In this document: positions 19,207 to 29,449 of the stretch, piece after piece | Layout: each line of letters starts with the position of its first letter | How positions within the stretch are numbered: the first letter of the stretch is position 1 | Assembly: GCA_963735805.1 (NCBI GenBank) | Contig: CAVTMK010000003.1 | Coordinates: forward strand, 160,001-224,000 | DNA: 64,000 nt | Reading direction: 5' to 3' | Source: an uncultured Verrucomicrobiae bacterium | GTDB lineage: Bacteria > Verrucomicrobiota > Verrucomicrobiia > Chthoniobacterales > UBA10450 | Notes under the pieces: model-generated | Seen by the model: only the letters and a program-made list of their open reading frames with translations | Databases searched by the model: none | Told to the model about the DNA's origin: nothing | Program-made: the position numbers and the translations under genes

Positions 19207-19854
19207 TCACTCCCGCCAGAGAATCGCACGCATCGGCGCCCCATCGCCACCGGCGATTTTTAGAGGCAATGCCACGAATTGGTAAATGCCCGAAGCGACA
19301 CCGATCAGATCCAGCGATTCGACGATAGCGATGCCAGCGCGAGCCAGTGCATGATGGTTCTGCAAAGATTTCGAATCGATTTCATCGACGGATGGCAGGT
19401 CCAATCCCAGCAACTTGACACCATTTTTCTGCAACCACCCAGGGACGTCGGCTGCGATGACCGGAATTGTGTCGGGAAAAACAGCGGAGTCACTCCATCG
19501 ACCAGTTTTTACAAGCAGCCGCGAAGTCGCCGCTATCGCTTCTGCAGATGGCCGGAGGTCCTCGATTGTGATCAGGTGTTTCTCCTTCGAATCCAAGAAA
19601 GCCTGGGCCAGATCGACAACCGTCGCGCGACCTAGATAAGTTTCGAGCGGCGCTTTCTCGATCGATTCACCATTCGTGTCGAAATGAAACCGGGCATCTG
19701 CATGTGTGCCATTGTGCACGCTCATCTTGATCGCGCCCAGATTGACGCTTTCACCTTTCGCTTTCTCTCGCGTTAATCGAAAACGACAAGGCTCATCGCC
19801 GGGCCATTCTGCCAGATCATTCGAAAGCGTCCGCGAAATATCCCAGATTTTCAT
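19207..19854 (-). CDS. Cyclase family metal-dependent hydrolase (kynurenine formamidase KynB-like)
   Basis: HNGTHADARFH, GLDLPSVD, ALPLKIAGGDGAPMRA. Confidence 0.85.
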   Translation of the reverse strand: MKIWDISRTLSNDLAEWPGDEPCRFRLTREKAKGESVNLGAIKMSVHNGTHADARFHFDTNGESIEKAPLETYLGRATVVDLAQAFLDSKEKHLITIEDLRPSAEAIAATSRLLVKTGRWSDSAVFPDTIPVIAADVPGWLQKNGVKLLGLDLPSVDEIDSKSLQNHHALARAGIAIVESLDLIGVASGIYQFVALPLKIAGGDGAPMRAILWRE

Positions 19855-19865
19855 GGCGAGATTAC

Positions 19866-21011
19866 TTAAGTCGCGCTGCCAATCTCTTCAATAATCGCGT
19901 GCGCGGCTGTTTGGCTTGCGCCGGTGTCACCCAGTTTAGGAACGATCGTGTCCAACTGAGAAATCATCCGCTCGCGCGTATTTCCATTCTCAATTAGTGG
20001 CTGCATGGCTCTGACAATGGCATTCGGTTTTGCCCGATGCTGAATAAATTCAGGAACGATTTCCTGGTCAGCGAGCAAGTTAGGCATACCAAGATACTTC
20101 ACATTCACCACGAGTCGCGCAGCCAAATAGGTCGGCCAGGCCACCCTATAAATCAGCACAAACGGGAGTCGAAAATAGGCAGCTTCCAACGTGGCACTCC
20201 CTGAAGCGACGATGCCCGTCCACGCGCGCTGCATGATTGCGGCTGTCTCGTGCACTTTAATTTGAATTGTTTCCCGCTTATGTGATTGGCCGAATCCGGC
20301 GACGAGGAACTTCATCTCATCAGCGAGTTGCTCTGATGCAGCAGCGACTTCAAAGCGTAAACTAGCGTTCCGCTTTTGAAGTTCACGCGCCGTTTCCAAC
20401 ATCACCGGAAAAATTTTGCGCACTTCGCGTGCGCGACTGCCCGGGAAAAGTCCGATCAAATTGGGATCCCGTTCCGTGCTGGTCTTGCGGGCCTGCAATC
20501 GCTCAATCATTGGATGGCCGACAAACAACGCGCGCATGCCAGCCTGGTTGTAGAGATCGACTTCAAAAGGGAAAATGCAGAGCACCAGATCAATCCAGTG
20601 CGCCATTCTCTTGATTCGTCCTCGGTTCCAGGCCCATACCTGAGGACTGATGTAATAAATTATCTTCTGTCGCGGAGCTTGTCTTCGCAGTGCACGCGCA
20701 AGACGCAGGTTGAAACCTGGATAATCAATCAAGATAACTGCCTCAGGTTTGCTCGTGCGAATCTCCTGGAGCGTTTCGTGAAACTGTTCTCGAAAATAAC
20801 CGTATTTCCTGAGCACTTCCCATAAACCGAGAACGGCAGCCTCGCCGATCCAGTTCTTGAATGACCCACCTGCGACCTTTTGCATTTCCGGTCCGCCGCG
20901 CCCGACAAAGTTAAGTTTGTCGTCCAACTCCCGCAGAGATCGCATTAAAGCAGCACCGTGATTGTCCGCGCTGACTTCACCGGCGACGAAAAAGAGGATC
21001 CTGGATTTCAT
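19866..21011 (-). CDS. lpxB: Lipid-A-disaccharide synthase
   Basis: AGEVSAD, IDYPGFNL, YYISPQVWAW, FVGHP, PGSR, ASGSATLE. Confidence 0.95.
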   Translation of the reverse strand: MKSRILFFVAGEVSADNHGAALMRSLRELDDKLNFVGRGGPEMQKVAGGSFKNWIGEAAVLGLWEVLRKYGYFREQFHETLQEIRTSKPEAVILIDYPGFNLRLARALRRQAPRQKIIYYISPQVWAWNRGRIKRMAHWIDLVLCIFPFEVDLYNQAGMRALFVGHPMIERLQARKTSTERDPNLIGLFPGSRAREVRKIFPVMLETARELQKRNASLRFEVAAASEQLADEMKFLVAGFGQSHKRETIQIKVHETAAIMQRAWTGIVASGSATLEAAYFRLPFVLIYRVAWPTYLAARLVVNVKYLGMPNLLADQEIVPEFIQHRAKPNAIVRAMQPLIENGNTRERMISQLDTIVPKLGDTGASQTAAHAIIEEIGSAT

Positions 21012-21084
21012 TTAGCCGCCTCGCTGTGCCGAGGCGCTCCGCTGGCGTTGTTTCCTTCCAAATGGCGACATGGCGCTGTGGCAA
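21012..21084 (+). repeat. REP-like hairpin element, family B copy 1, with decayed inverted second half
   Basis: TAGC-CGCCTCG-CTGTGC-CGAGGCG; related copy at 60082-60106. Confidence 0.55.
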
Positions 21085-21110
21085 GAGCGCCAGAATCGAT
21101 CGCGAGCGTC

Positions 21111-22032
21111 CTACCCACCGGGCGTGATTCGCTTGGTTATTTCAACTGCCAACTTCAATGCCGCCGTTGCTTGAGAACCCGAAACGCGCGGCTCGCGTCC
21201 CGTACCTGGCGCATTCAATAAACGAAGCAAGTTGAAGTTTAAGCGGCTCCTCACGTTCAATCTCGACTCGGTCGCGCGTGATGCGTCCTCCAACACGTCG
21301 ATAGATTTCGCCGCTTTGGTTTTGATAGTCGAGCGAGAGATATGCGTCCTCTTGGAAAATGCGAATCTTGCGGAGCCGCTCAGGACTAATGCGGCTGGAG
21401 GTAATGTTTGCCACGCAACCATCTTCGAAATGAAGGCGCGCATTGGCGATGTCTTCGTTCCGGCTAAGCACGGGCACGCCTACAGCATCGATGCTCCAAA
21501 GCGGCGAGCGCACAAAATGCAAAATGACCTCCAAGTCATGGATCATTAGATCGAGAACAACCCCTATGTCGGTGCTGCGTTCGGAATAAGGCGACAGCCG
21601 ATGCGCTTCGATAAATCGGGGATGAGTAAGGTGCGTTTCCAAGGCTCCCAAAACCGGGTTGAACCGTTCGACGTGGCCGACTTGCAAAATGAGACCGCTA
21701 CGCGTAGCTAACTCTGCCAGCTCCGTAGCCTCCGCGGTGTTGTCGGTAATCGGTTTTTCCACAAGCACATGTTTCCCTTTTGTTAGAAGGGAATGCGCGA
21801 TTGCATAGTGTGTATTGGTCGGCGTCGCTACAGAAGCGGCATCCACCAGCTCAATGAATTCGTCGAGCGATTTCGCAGGTGTCGCGCCGAATTTTCCGCC
21901 GATGGTGCGGCTCCTGAAAGGATCTACGTCATATACAGCGGTGAACTCGGCCGACGGAATCTCCGCATACAACCGCGCATGGTTGCTCCCTATGTGACCA
22001 ACCCCAACAACTCCGATGCGTAGGTTTTTCAT
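21111..22032 (-). CDS. Gfo/Idh/MocA oxidoreductase (GnnA-like position next to lpxB); 1-nt frameshift near 21205-21207
   Basis: GVVGVGHIG, VLVEKP, VGHVERFNP, DLMIHD; expected C-terminus TGREPRVSGSQATAALKLAVEI lies in another frame ending at 21111. Confidence 0.8.
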
Positions 22033-22086
22033 CACGACTCCCAGTCAACGCGGGAAGATATCTGGGTCAAACCCAGATAGTATATC

Positions 22087-23055
22087 TCATGGACCGTATG
22101 TAACGCCCTTTTGCGATGTATCCGGCGCGTAGTTCGCCGTGTACCACTCGTAGGTTCGAGTGATACCCTCCCGTAGCGGGATCGAGGGCTTCCAGTCAAG
22201 AACGCGAAGCTTTGTGACGTCCAAAAGTTTTCGCGGCGTGCCATCCGGCTTCGCCGTGTCCCAGGCAAGCTCACCATCGAAACCAACTACGTCGCAAATT
22301 AACTCGGCGAGTTCGCGGATCGAAATGTCTTCGCCGCAGCCGACATTAATGATTTCCGGCGAGTCGTATTTCTCCAACAGCCAGAGACACGCTGACGCAA
22401 CGTCGTCTACGTGCAGGAATTCGCGGCGCGGCGTTCCAGAGCCCCATACGACCAGCTTCGAATTTTTCCGAGTCTTGGCTTCATGCGCTTTCCGCAAAAG
22501 CGCGGCCAGGACGTGTGATGTTTCCAGATCGAAATTATCGTTGGGGCCATAGAGATTTGTCGGCATCACCGAGACAAAATTCGCGCCGCGCTCGCGAGAA
22601 TATGCCTGGCAAAGCTTGATCCCGGCGATCTTCGCAATCGCGTAAGCTTCATTGGTTGGTTCCAGAGGTCCGCTTAGCAACGCCGTTTCCGGGATGGGTT
22701 GCGGAGCGAGCTTCGGGTAAATGCATGAGCTTCCAAGAAAGAGAAGTTTGCGCACACCGTTCTCGCAGGCCGAACGAATGACGCTGTTCTGTATCTGCAA
22801 ATTCTCGAGAAGGAATTCGACCGGGAAATCGTTGTTTGCCTTGATCCCGCCTACTTTTGCCGCCGCGAGAATCACGACATCCGGTCTTTGCTCGGCGAAA
22901 AATTTCGCGACTACAGACTCATCTCTGAGATCGAGTTTCGATCTGTCGCGAACAAGTAGATTTGAGAAACTCTCCGATTCGAGCCGGCGAATCAGCGCGC
23001 TGCCAACCATCCCACGATGGCCGGCGACGAAGATCTTGTCTGACTTATCCAACAT
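22087..23055 (-). CDS. fcl: GDP-L-fucose synthase
   Basis: AGHRGMVGSA, AAAKVGGI, LGSSCIYP, YAIAK, MPTNLYG, RREFLHVDD, PDGTPRK. Confidence 0.95.
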   Translation of the reverse strand: MLDKSDKIFVAGHRGMVGSALIRRLESESFSNLLVRDRSKLDLRDESVVAKFFAEQRPDVVILAAAKVGGIKANNDFPVEFLLENLQIQNSVIRSACENGVRKLLFLGSSCIYPKLAPQPIPETALLSGPLEPTNEAYAIAKIAGIKLCQAYSRERGANFVSVMPTNLYGPNDNFDLETSHVLAALLRKAHEAKTRKNSKLVVWGSGTPRREFLHVDDVASACLWLLEKYDSPEIINVGCGEDISIRELAELICDVVGFDGELAWDTAKPDGTPRKLLDVTKLRVLDWKPSIPLREGITRTYEWYTANYAPDTSQKGVTYGP

Positions 23056-23197
23056 GAGCTATCCAGTTCGGTAGCATTTTCTTTTTTTGTCCTTTGCGCA
23101 ATCCTAGCCTTTCGGTTCCCCTTGAACGGTTCAAGGGTTCAACGAACTATGACTAACAGTTGCTCAGGGCGGGAGGGGACGTAATGGTATTAATCTG

Positions 23198-24415
23198 ATG
23201 ATTGCCAGGGAGAAGGAGACATTTCAGTTCGACGCAATTGACGATGTGGTAAGCGACATCGCCAAGGGCCGCATTGTCATTGTGACGGACGACGCAGATC
23301 GCGAGAACGAAGGCGATTTGGTAATGGCCGCTGAAAAAGTAACCCCGGAAGCGATTAATTTCATGGTTACACACGGGCGCGGCTTGATTTGCGCGCCCAT
23401 TTCAAACGAGCGCGCAGAGCAACTCGGCTTGCAGCGCATGGTGGCGCAGAACCGCGAGAAACATAAAACTGATTTTACCGTCTCGGTGGACGCAGCGCGG
23501 GGTGTGACCACAGGTATCAGTGCCTATGATCGCGCTACAACGATCCTGGTCATCGCGAATCCGAAATCGTCTCCCGAAGAGCTCAACCAGCCGGGGCACG
23601 TCTTTCCATTACGCGCAAAGGATGGAGGCGTGTTGCGACGGGCCGGGCACACCGAGGCCGCCGTCGATCTGGCGGGAATGGCCGGACTACAACCCGCCGG
23701 AGTGCTTTGCGAGATTTTGCACGATGACGGTACCATGGCGCGGTTGCCGGAGTTGATGGAATTCAGCAAGAAACATGGCCTGCGCATTTGCACAATTCAG
23801 AGTCTGATCGCACACCGTCGCGTTCGCGAAAAACTCGTGGAGCTGGAGCAAATCGTGAAAATGCCGACTGACTACGGCGATTTCGATTTGCATCTATATC
23901 GCTCGAAGCTCGATGGCCAGCATCACCTTGCCCTGGTCAAGGGCAAAATCGAAAAGAGCAAGCCGACCCTGGTCCGTGTGCACAGTCAATGCCTTACCGG
24001 CGATGTTTTCAGTTCGCGCCGGTGCGACTGCGGGAATCAATTGCACGCAGCGCTTCGACAGATTCAGGAGGAAGGCAGCGGCGTCCTGGTTTACATGCGC
24101 CAGGAAGGACGCGGCATCGGGCTCGCGGCAAAAATTCACGCTTACAAATTGCAGGAAGAAGGCCTCGACACAGTGGAAGCAAATGCCAGGCTGGGGTACC
24201 CAAGCGACCTGCGAGATTACGGACTCGGCGCGCAGATCCTTTTCGATCTCGGAGTACGTCAGTTTCGTTTTCTGACCAACAATCCGAAGAAAGTGGTCGG
24301 ACTCGAAGGTTACGGCTTGGAAATGGTGGAGCAGGTGCCAATACGCGGCGAAGCAAATCCGCACAACGCCAAATATCTGGAAACGAAGAAGACGAAGCTA
24401 GGGCATCTGTTGTGA
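23198..24415 (+). CDS. ribBA: Bifunctional DHBP synthase / GTP cyclohydrolase II
   Basis: DRENEGD, RGLIC, PGHVFPL, RAGHTEA; RVHSQCLTGD, RCDCG, QEGRGIG, TNNP. Confidence 0.96.
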   Translation: MIAREKETFQFDAIDDVVSDIAKGRIVIVTDDADRENEGDLVMAAEKVTPEAINFMVTHGRGLICAPISNERAEQLGLQRMVAQNREKHKTDFTVSVDAARGVTTGISAYDRATTILVIANPKSSPEELNQPGHVFPLRAKDGGVLRRAGHTEAAVDLAGMAGLQPAGVLCEILHDDGTMARLPELMEFSKKHGLRICTIQSLIAHRRVREKLVELEQIVKMPTDYGDFDLHLYRSKLDGQHHLALVKGKIEKSKPTLVRVHSQCLTGDVFSSRRCDCGNQLHAALRQIQEEGSGVLVYMRQEGRGIGLAAKIHAYKLQEEGLDTVEANARLGYPSDLRDYGLGAQILFDLGVRQFRFLTNNPKKVVGLEGYGLEMVEQVPIRGEANPHNAKYLETKKTKLGHLL

Positions 24416-24516
24416 CTGCGAATTGCGGACCAGCGACACCGAAAGGCTCCGCGTGCTCGCGAGACAATGTCGGAGTTGCGGATCGCAGCGAGATCAAATT
24501 GCAATTCTGAGAACGA

Positions 24517-24993
24517 ATGTCGACCGACGTACCGCGACGCCCGCGAGTTGATGAGGGCAAACGCACATTCCAAATCGTCGCGAGCCAATTTAATGCGCAA
24601 TACGTACAGGGTCTGGTTGATCACGCTGCGGAAGAGCTGCATGAGCTCGCTCCGGAGGCCGCGATTTTTATACACCGTGTGCCGGGGTCGTTTGAAATCC
24701 CCGTCGTTGTGCGCGAGTTAGCACGGAAGAAAGAAGGCGATGCGATTATCGCGTGCGGTGTGATCATGCAAGGCGAAACAAACCACGCCAAAAATCTCAG
24801 CAGTTCGGTGACCGATGCACTTCAGCGCATCGCGATTGATCATGGGGTGCCTGTGATCAATGTGGTGCTCAGTTTCGATAACGACGTTCAGGCACGCGAA
24901 CGTTGTCTCGAAAACAGAATTAATCGTGGCACCGAGGGTGCACGGGCTGCGGTAGAAATCGCCAGTGTCATGTCGAAATTTCGCGGGAAGTGA
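24517..24993 (+). CDS. ribH: 6,7-dimethyl-8-ribityllumazine synthase
   Basis: IVASQFN, VPGSFEIP, GVIMQGETNH; between ribBA and nusB. Confidence 0.93.
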   Translation: MSTDVPRRPRVDEGKRTFQIVASQFNAQYVQGLVDHAAEELHELAPEAAIFIHRVPGSFEIPVVVRELARKKEGDAIIACGVIMQGETNHAKNLSSSVTDALQRIAIDHGVPVINVVLSFDNDVQARERCLENRINRGTEGARAAVEIASVMSKFRGK

Positions 24994-24995
24994 TT

Positions 24996-25433
24996 ATGGG
25001 CAAAAGACGGCGAGCACGCGAAGCGGCGATCCAATATCATTTCTGGCGCGATCTGCAGGGCGAGGGACCGGAAAAGACAGACGATTTTTGGGAATTCTGT
25101 CCGGCAACTCCGCGGGTGCGCGAATTTGCCCAGCCCCTTATCGAGGGAATGGTCGAGCATCTTCCGAAAATCGACGAACGAATTCGTCGCTACTGCGAGA
25201 ACTATGAATTTCGCCGTATTTCAGCCGTTGATCGCAATGTCCTTCGATTGGCCATCTATGAAATGCTTTATCGGGACGACATACCGCCAGTGGTTTCGAT
25301 CAACGAAGCAATTGAGCTGGCAAAAACTTTCGGCGGCGGCGAGTCGGGCCGTTTCGTGAATGGCATTCTCGATCGTGTACGAAAAGATTTGGATCGGCCC
25401 GCCCGTGAACCAGTGACCAAACGAGAGTCGTGA
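24996..25433 (+). CDS. nusB: Transcription antitermination factor NusB
   Basis: RRRAREAA, VDRNVLRLA, VSINEAIELAK, FVNGILD. Confidence 0.95.
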   Translation: MGKRRRAREAAIQYHFWRDLQGEGPEKTDDFWEFCPATPRVREFAQPLIEGMVEHLPKIDERIRRYCENYEFRRISAVDRNVLRLAIYEMLYRDDIPPVVSINEAIELAKTFGGGESGRFVNGILDRVRKDLDRPAREPVTKRES

Positions 25434-25483
25434 TTCGTTAAAGCGTTTCATCGATTCACGAATCTCGGATCTCGATTCACGAA

Positions 25484-26332
25484 ATGAAGTTCCTCCAATC
25501 CCTGGCCCATCATTTTGCGGGTAAACCCATCGACTGGGACGAGCTCGAGGAATCGCTTATTCGTGCCGACCTCGGCGTGCCAATGACAAGTCGCATCATC
25601 AAGACGCTACAAGAACGGGAAGCCTGGTCCTTAATGGGAATAAACGATGTTGTAAGGGTGGTGGGCCAGGAAATCGCGCGCGTTCTGCCTGCAAAGCCTA
25701 CTGCCATTCGGCCTTTGGTCGGTAAACCAAACGTGGTCCTACTCCTGGGTGTAAACGGTACTGGCAAGACCACATCGACAGCAAAGCTGGCTCGTTATTT
25801 GCAAAAAAATAAACACAGCGTCCTGCTGGCGGCAGCAGATACGTTTCGCGCTGCAGCGATCGAGCAGCTTGGCATTTGGGCCTCGCGACTGGGCATCGAA
25901 ATGATTAAAGGGCAATATAACTCCGATCCGGCCGCTCTTTGTTATGAAGCGTATCAAACAGCCGCAAAACGGAAGGCTGATTTTCTGCTATGCGATACGG
26001 CCGGGCGCATGCACACAAAAAGGAACCTGATGGCCGAGCTTGAAAAGGTGAAACGCGCTCTCGCGAAGCACGACCCGGACGCGCCGCATGAAACGCTGCT
26101 GGTGGTCGACGCAACAACTGGCGGCAACGCGCTCAGCCAGGCCCGCGAATTCCAAACCGCGATTGGATTGACTGGTGTTATTGTCACCAAGCTCGACGGC
26201 AGCGGCAAAGGCGGCATCGTAGTCGCAATCCAGGAGGAACTTGGAATCCCTACGCGTTTCGTCGGCACCGGTGAACAGATCGACGATTTTGCGCCATTCG
26301 ACGCGCGCGAATTTGTCGCGAACATGCTGTAA
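25484..26332 (+). CDS. ftsY: SRP receptor FtsY (NG domain only)
   Basis: GVNGTGKTT, DTFRAAA, DTAGR, TKLDGSGKGG, GTGE. Confidence 0.95.
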   Translation: MKFLQSLAHHFAGKPIDWDELEESLIRADLGVPMTSRIIKTLQEREAWSLMGINDVVRVVGQEIARVLPAKPTAIRPLVGKPNVVLLLGVNGTGKTTSTAKLARYLQKNKHSVLLAAADTFRAAAIEQLGIWASRLGIEMIKGQYNSDPAALCYEAYQTAAKRKADFLLCDTAGRMHTKRNLMAELEKVKRALAKHDPDAPHETLLVVDATTGGNALSQAREFQTAIGLTGVIVTKLDGSGKGGIVVAIQEELGIPTRFVGTGEQIDDFAPFDAREFVANML

Positions 26333-26342
26333 TTCGATTGCC

Positions 26343-27851
26343 ATGGGCGAAGCAGTCAAACAAACGTTCGTGCCTGAAGATAACGTCGCTCCAGTCGTGC
26401 TGACAGGAGTGCGGGGGTTTATCGCGAAGTTCACTGTGCTCAAGGGAGCTCAACGCGAGCTGTGGTTGACGTTCCTGATCAAGTTCTTCATTTACACTGC
26501 TTACTCGGTCACGAACAAAACGATGGTCCTGTGGCTGTCGAAAGACCTCGGCTTTAGCGATCAAGCGTCAGGAGCTCTGGTCGGCTGGGTCTGGGCACCG
26601 GCAATGACCATCTTCACGTTGCTTGCCGGGTCGATCACGGATGCGATCGGCTTGCGCCGTACTTTCTTCCTCGGCGTCGCCATCTGCACGGTCGCTCGCA
26701 GTGTCATGGCTGTTTCTACGATCCCGTGGCTGGCCCTTGCCTGCGGCGTTCTTCCGCTGGCAGTCGGCGAAGCGCTCGGGACACCGGTGCTGCTGGCAGC
26801 TACGCGGCGCTATTCAACTGTGGCTCAGCGTTCAATCTCATTCTCGCTCATCTATGCGGTAATGAACGTCGCCTATGTCGTCGCCGGGTACATATTCGAT
26901 TATGTACGCCAGTTGAACTTGCATGTCAGCCTGTTCGGATTTGAGCCAACCTCATATCAACAACTGTTCATGGTCAGCCTGATGTTCGAGATCGTGCTGT
27001 TTCCCGTCATCTATTTCATCCGCCGGGGAGCGGAAGCAACCAACGGCGGGCCGGTCATTGACGAATCGTCCCGCGATCGTGGGACTGCGCCCGCTTTTTG
27101 GACGGGCATTGGACAGACGATAAGGAAAAGTGCCGTAGCTACAGCGCACCTTTTTCGGCGTTTAATTAGTCAATCAGCCTTCTACCGGTTGCTTGCTTTC
27201 TTCCTCTTCATCGGATTTCTCAAAGCCATTTTTCTCCAAATGGACTACGTGTTCCCGAAGTGGGGCATTCGCGAACTCGGCTTCAACGCTCCCGTCGGAA
27301 AGCTTTCCGCAATCAACGCTATCGTCATCATTTTTCTCGTGCCGATCGTAGGCGCGCTGACGCAAAAGTTTGCGGCTTATCGGATGGTCATTATCGGCGG
27401 AGCAATCTGCGCTGCTGGCGTGTTCATAATGGCGCTGCCGACCGAATGGTTTCAGCCTGCCGCTCAGAGCGTCATCGGACAGTGGCTTGGGCATGGCTTC
27501 CTCGGAGTACGCGGAAGCATTCACCCTTATTACATTATGGCTACGCTGTATCTGATCGTCTTTTCGATAGGAGAAGCGTTCTATTCGCCGCGAGTCTACG
27601 AATATGCCGCAGCTATTGCGCCAAAAGGCCAGGAAGCATCGTATGGCTCGCTGGCGTACCTTCCGTTCCTCGTTGGCAAGATCCTTGTCGGGGCGGGCGG
27701 ATGGCTGCTGGCAGCGTTTTGTCCGGAACACGGCCCGCGGCGTTCTGGAACAATGTGGCTTATCTTTGCATTGGCGGCGTCAGTCGCACCAATCGGGTTG
27801 GTCGGGCTGCGTCGCTACATTCGAGTCCCTGAAGCAGGTCGGCACGATTAA
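26343..27851 (+). CDS. MFS transporter (POT/PTR-like)
   Basis: About 12 TMs; GSITDAIGLRR motif A; SIGEAFYSPR. Confidence 0.85.
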   Translation: MGEAVKQTFVPEDNVAPVVLTGVRGFIAKFTVLKGAQRELWLTFLIKFFIYTAYSVTNKTMVLWLSKDLGFSDQASGALVGWVWAPAMTIFTLLAGSITDAIGLRRTFFLGVAICTVARSVMAVSTIPWLALACGVLPLAVGEALGTPVLLAATRRYSTVAQRSISFSLIYAVMNVAYVVAGYIFDYVRQLNLHVSLFGFEPTSYQQLFMVSLMFEIVLFPVIYFIRRGAEATNGGPVIDESSRDRGTAPAFWTGIGQTIRKSAVATAHLFRRLISQSAFYRLLAFFLFIGFLKAIFLQMDYVFPKWGIRELGFNAPVGKLSAINAIVIIFLVPIVGALTQKFAAYRMVIIGGAICAAGVFIMALPTEWFQPAAQSVIGQWLGHGFLGVRGSIHPYYIMATLYLIVFSIGEAFYSPRVYEYAAAIAPKGQEASYGSLAYLPFLVGKILVGAGGWLLAAFCPEHGPRRSGTMWLIFALAASVAPIGLVGLRRYIRVPEAGRHD

Positions 27852-27852
27852 T

Positions 27853-27927
27853 CGGAAAAATGGCCTGGTGGGAATCAGAAACTTCGTCCCTATTTTTCCG
27901 TAGAAAAAGGTGGGAAGACCATTTTTC
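27853..27927 (+). terminator. Two tandem hairpins after the MFS stop codon, possible terminator
   Basis: CGGAAAAAT...ATTTTTCCG (27853-27900) and GAAAAAGGT-GGGAAG-ACCATTTTTC (27903-27927). Confidence 0.4.
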
Positions 27928-28070
27928 AGCTTGTTTGCGAACTTAATTAAAAGAGATCAATCTCGCGCCTGCATGATTTGCGAGCGAAACCGTTCGCGTG
28001 TAGATTGTGTGGCACTCTCGGGGAAGTCAGGGAAGGCTAAGGGATCGATCAAAACTTCAGGCTTCAGGGT

Positions 28071-28691
28071 ATGAACAGCACACATCTACTACACCCACAT
28101 CGTGGGTCGCATAAGACAGTTTGGTTTGGTTTGCTTGGCACAATTGTGGTGATTGTCGGTTCGATTTTGTTGGCTTATGCTCAAACGCAAAAAAAAGAAG
28201 CGGACAAAATGAATCCAACCAAGCCAATGCCGACCGAGGCTGAACTGCAAAAACAATTGACCAAAGACCAGTATCACGTGACGCGCGAATGCGGTACGGA
28301 AACTCCATTTCACAACGCCTATTGGGACAATCACAAGGCGGGAATTTACGTCGATATTGTTACGGGAGAACCGCTCTTCAGTTCACAAGATAAATTCGAC
28401 AGCGGCACGGGCTGGCCCAGTTTCACCAAGCCGATTTCGCCGGGCAGCGTGGTGGAAAAGCGGGATTCCTCACATGGAATGGAGCGCACTGAGGTTCGAG
28501 GAAAAACAAGCGACTCGCATCTCGGTCACGTCTTCGATGACGGTCCCGCTCCCACGCGTCAACGCTACTGCGTGAATTCTGCATCGCTGCGGTTTATCCC
28601 CGTAGAGAAACTAAGAGAAGAAGGCTACGGTCAATATCTGTCGCTGTTTCAATCTCCACAGGGACAGCAAAAGCAAGCACAGCGCGATTAG
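28071..28691 (+). CDS. msrB: Peptide-methionine (R)-S-oxide reductase with signal peptide (Zn-free type)
   Basis: [34 protein letters not shown]; no CxxC pairs; hydrophobic N-terminus. Confidence 0.93.
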   Translation: MNSTHLLHPHRGSHKTVWFGLLGTIVVIVGSILLAYAQTQKKEADKMNPTKPMPTEAELQKQLTKDQYHVTRECGTETPFHNAYWDNHKAGIYVDIVTGEPLFSSQDKFDSGTGWPSFTKPISPGSVVEKRDSSHGMERTEVRGKTSDSHLGHVFDDGPAPTRQRYCVNSASLRFIPVEKLREEGYGQYLSLFQSPQGQQKQAQRD

Positions 28692-28698
28692 ACAGGTG

Positions 28699-28820
28699 TG
28701 ACGAATGTCAAATTAGTGACAAAGCCCGAATGATGAACGATCGTTCGGGCGTCGGCTAGTCTTCGCTTCCTAATTTTTATTGAGTGTTCTCTTCATTTAT
28801 TCGTTAGTCGTATTTCGTCA
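28699..28820. repeat. Intergenic element with terminal TGACGAA/TTCGTCA inverted repeat and internal hairpin
   Basis: tgacgaa 28699 / ttcgtca 28814; gcccgaa 28724 / ttcgggc 28744. Confidence 0.4.
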
Positions 28821-28899
28821 TTTTTGATTTGTCTGTCGGTTGTTCGAGACCGTTTTGAAACCGCTTGTCTTACGCGCTAGTCTTTAATCTGGAACTATT

Positions 28900-29421
28900 A
28901 TGACCCGGGACGACTTCGATTACGCTATCGAGAACACGCACGTGATCGTTGCTCCCGAACGACAGATCGCAACCTTCGGCAGCACTAGTTTCAATTTTTA
29001 TCTCATCTCTGAACTGATGGATCGAGTGAATCAGGTCCGGATTCGCAACGGCAAGATCCACGCTGAGCGACCTCAAATCCTTACACCAGAACATTACTGC
29101 CGGCTGCTGCTGGAAGGCTTTGGAGAGAAAGCGGAGCGCTACGTCGATCAACTACGAGAACACGCGCGCAATATGGCAGTGCTTCGTTACGGTTTTCAAT
29201 TCCGCAAGACCGATCTAAACGAGCAAACATTGCGAGATTCAATCGATGGGGTGATAAGTCGCACGAAACGGCGCGTCGAGAGCGCAAATGAACCGTTGAG
29301 TGCAATCATCCACGGTGTCGATGACGCCTGGGAAGTGTGCTTGCTCAAGTTTACGATCGACCTCGTCGAACGCTCGTCGGGCGGCAATCTCGGAGATTTT
29401 CGCAACCGCGGATTGCTGTAG
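28900..29421 (+). CDS. Conserved hypothetical protein
   Basis: 173-aa ORF with normal composition; TFGSTSFNFYLISE, GVDDAWEVCLLKF. Confidence 0.75.
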   Translation: MTRDDFDYAIENTHVIVAPERQIATFGSTSFNFYLISELMDRVNQVRIRNGKIHAERPQILTPEHYCRLLLEGFGEKAERYVDQLREHARNMAVLRYGFQFRKTDLNEQTLRDSIDGVISRTKRRVESANEPLSAIIHGVDDAWEVCLLKFTIDLVERSSGGNLGDFRNRGLL

Positions 29422-29449
29422 CCTCCGGGGCGCGCCGGCCGTTGCGGCG

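Noticed and set aside
20284..20306. Second in-frame REP insertion in lpxB (VAGFGQ)
   Set aside because: Only loose similarity, with no GTAG and no hairpin partner
23161..23180. FMN riboswitch upstream of ribBA (CTCAGGGCGGG resembles its 5' end)
   Set aside because: The rest of the consensus is absent and only about 20 bp remain before the start codon
28560..28580. Selenocysteine in MsrB
   Set aside because: The catalytic codon is TGC (RYCVNS); there is no in-frame TGA
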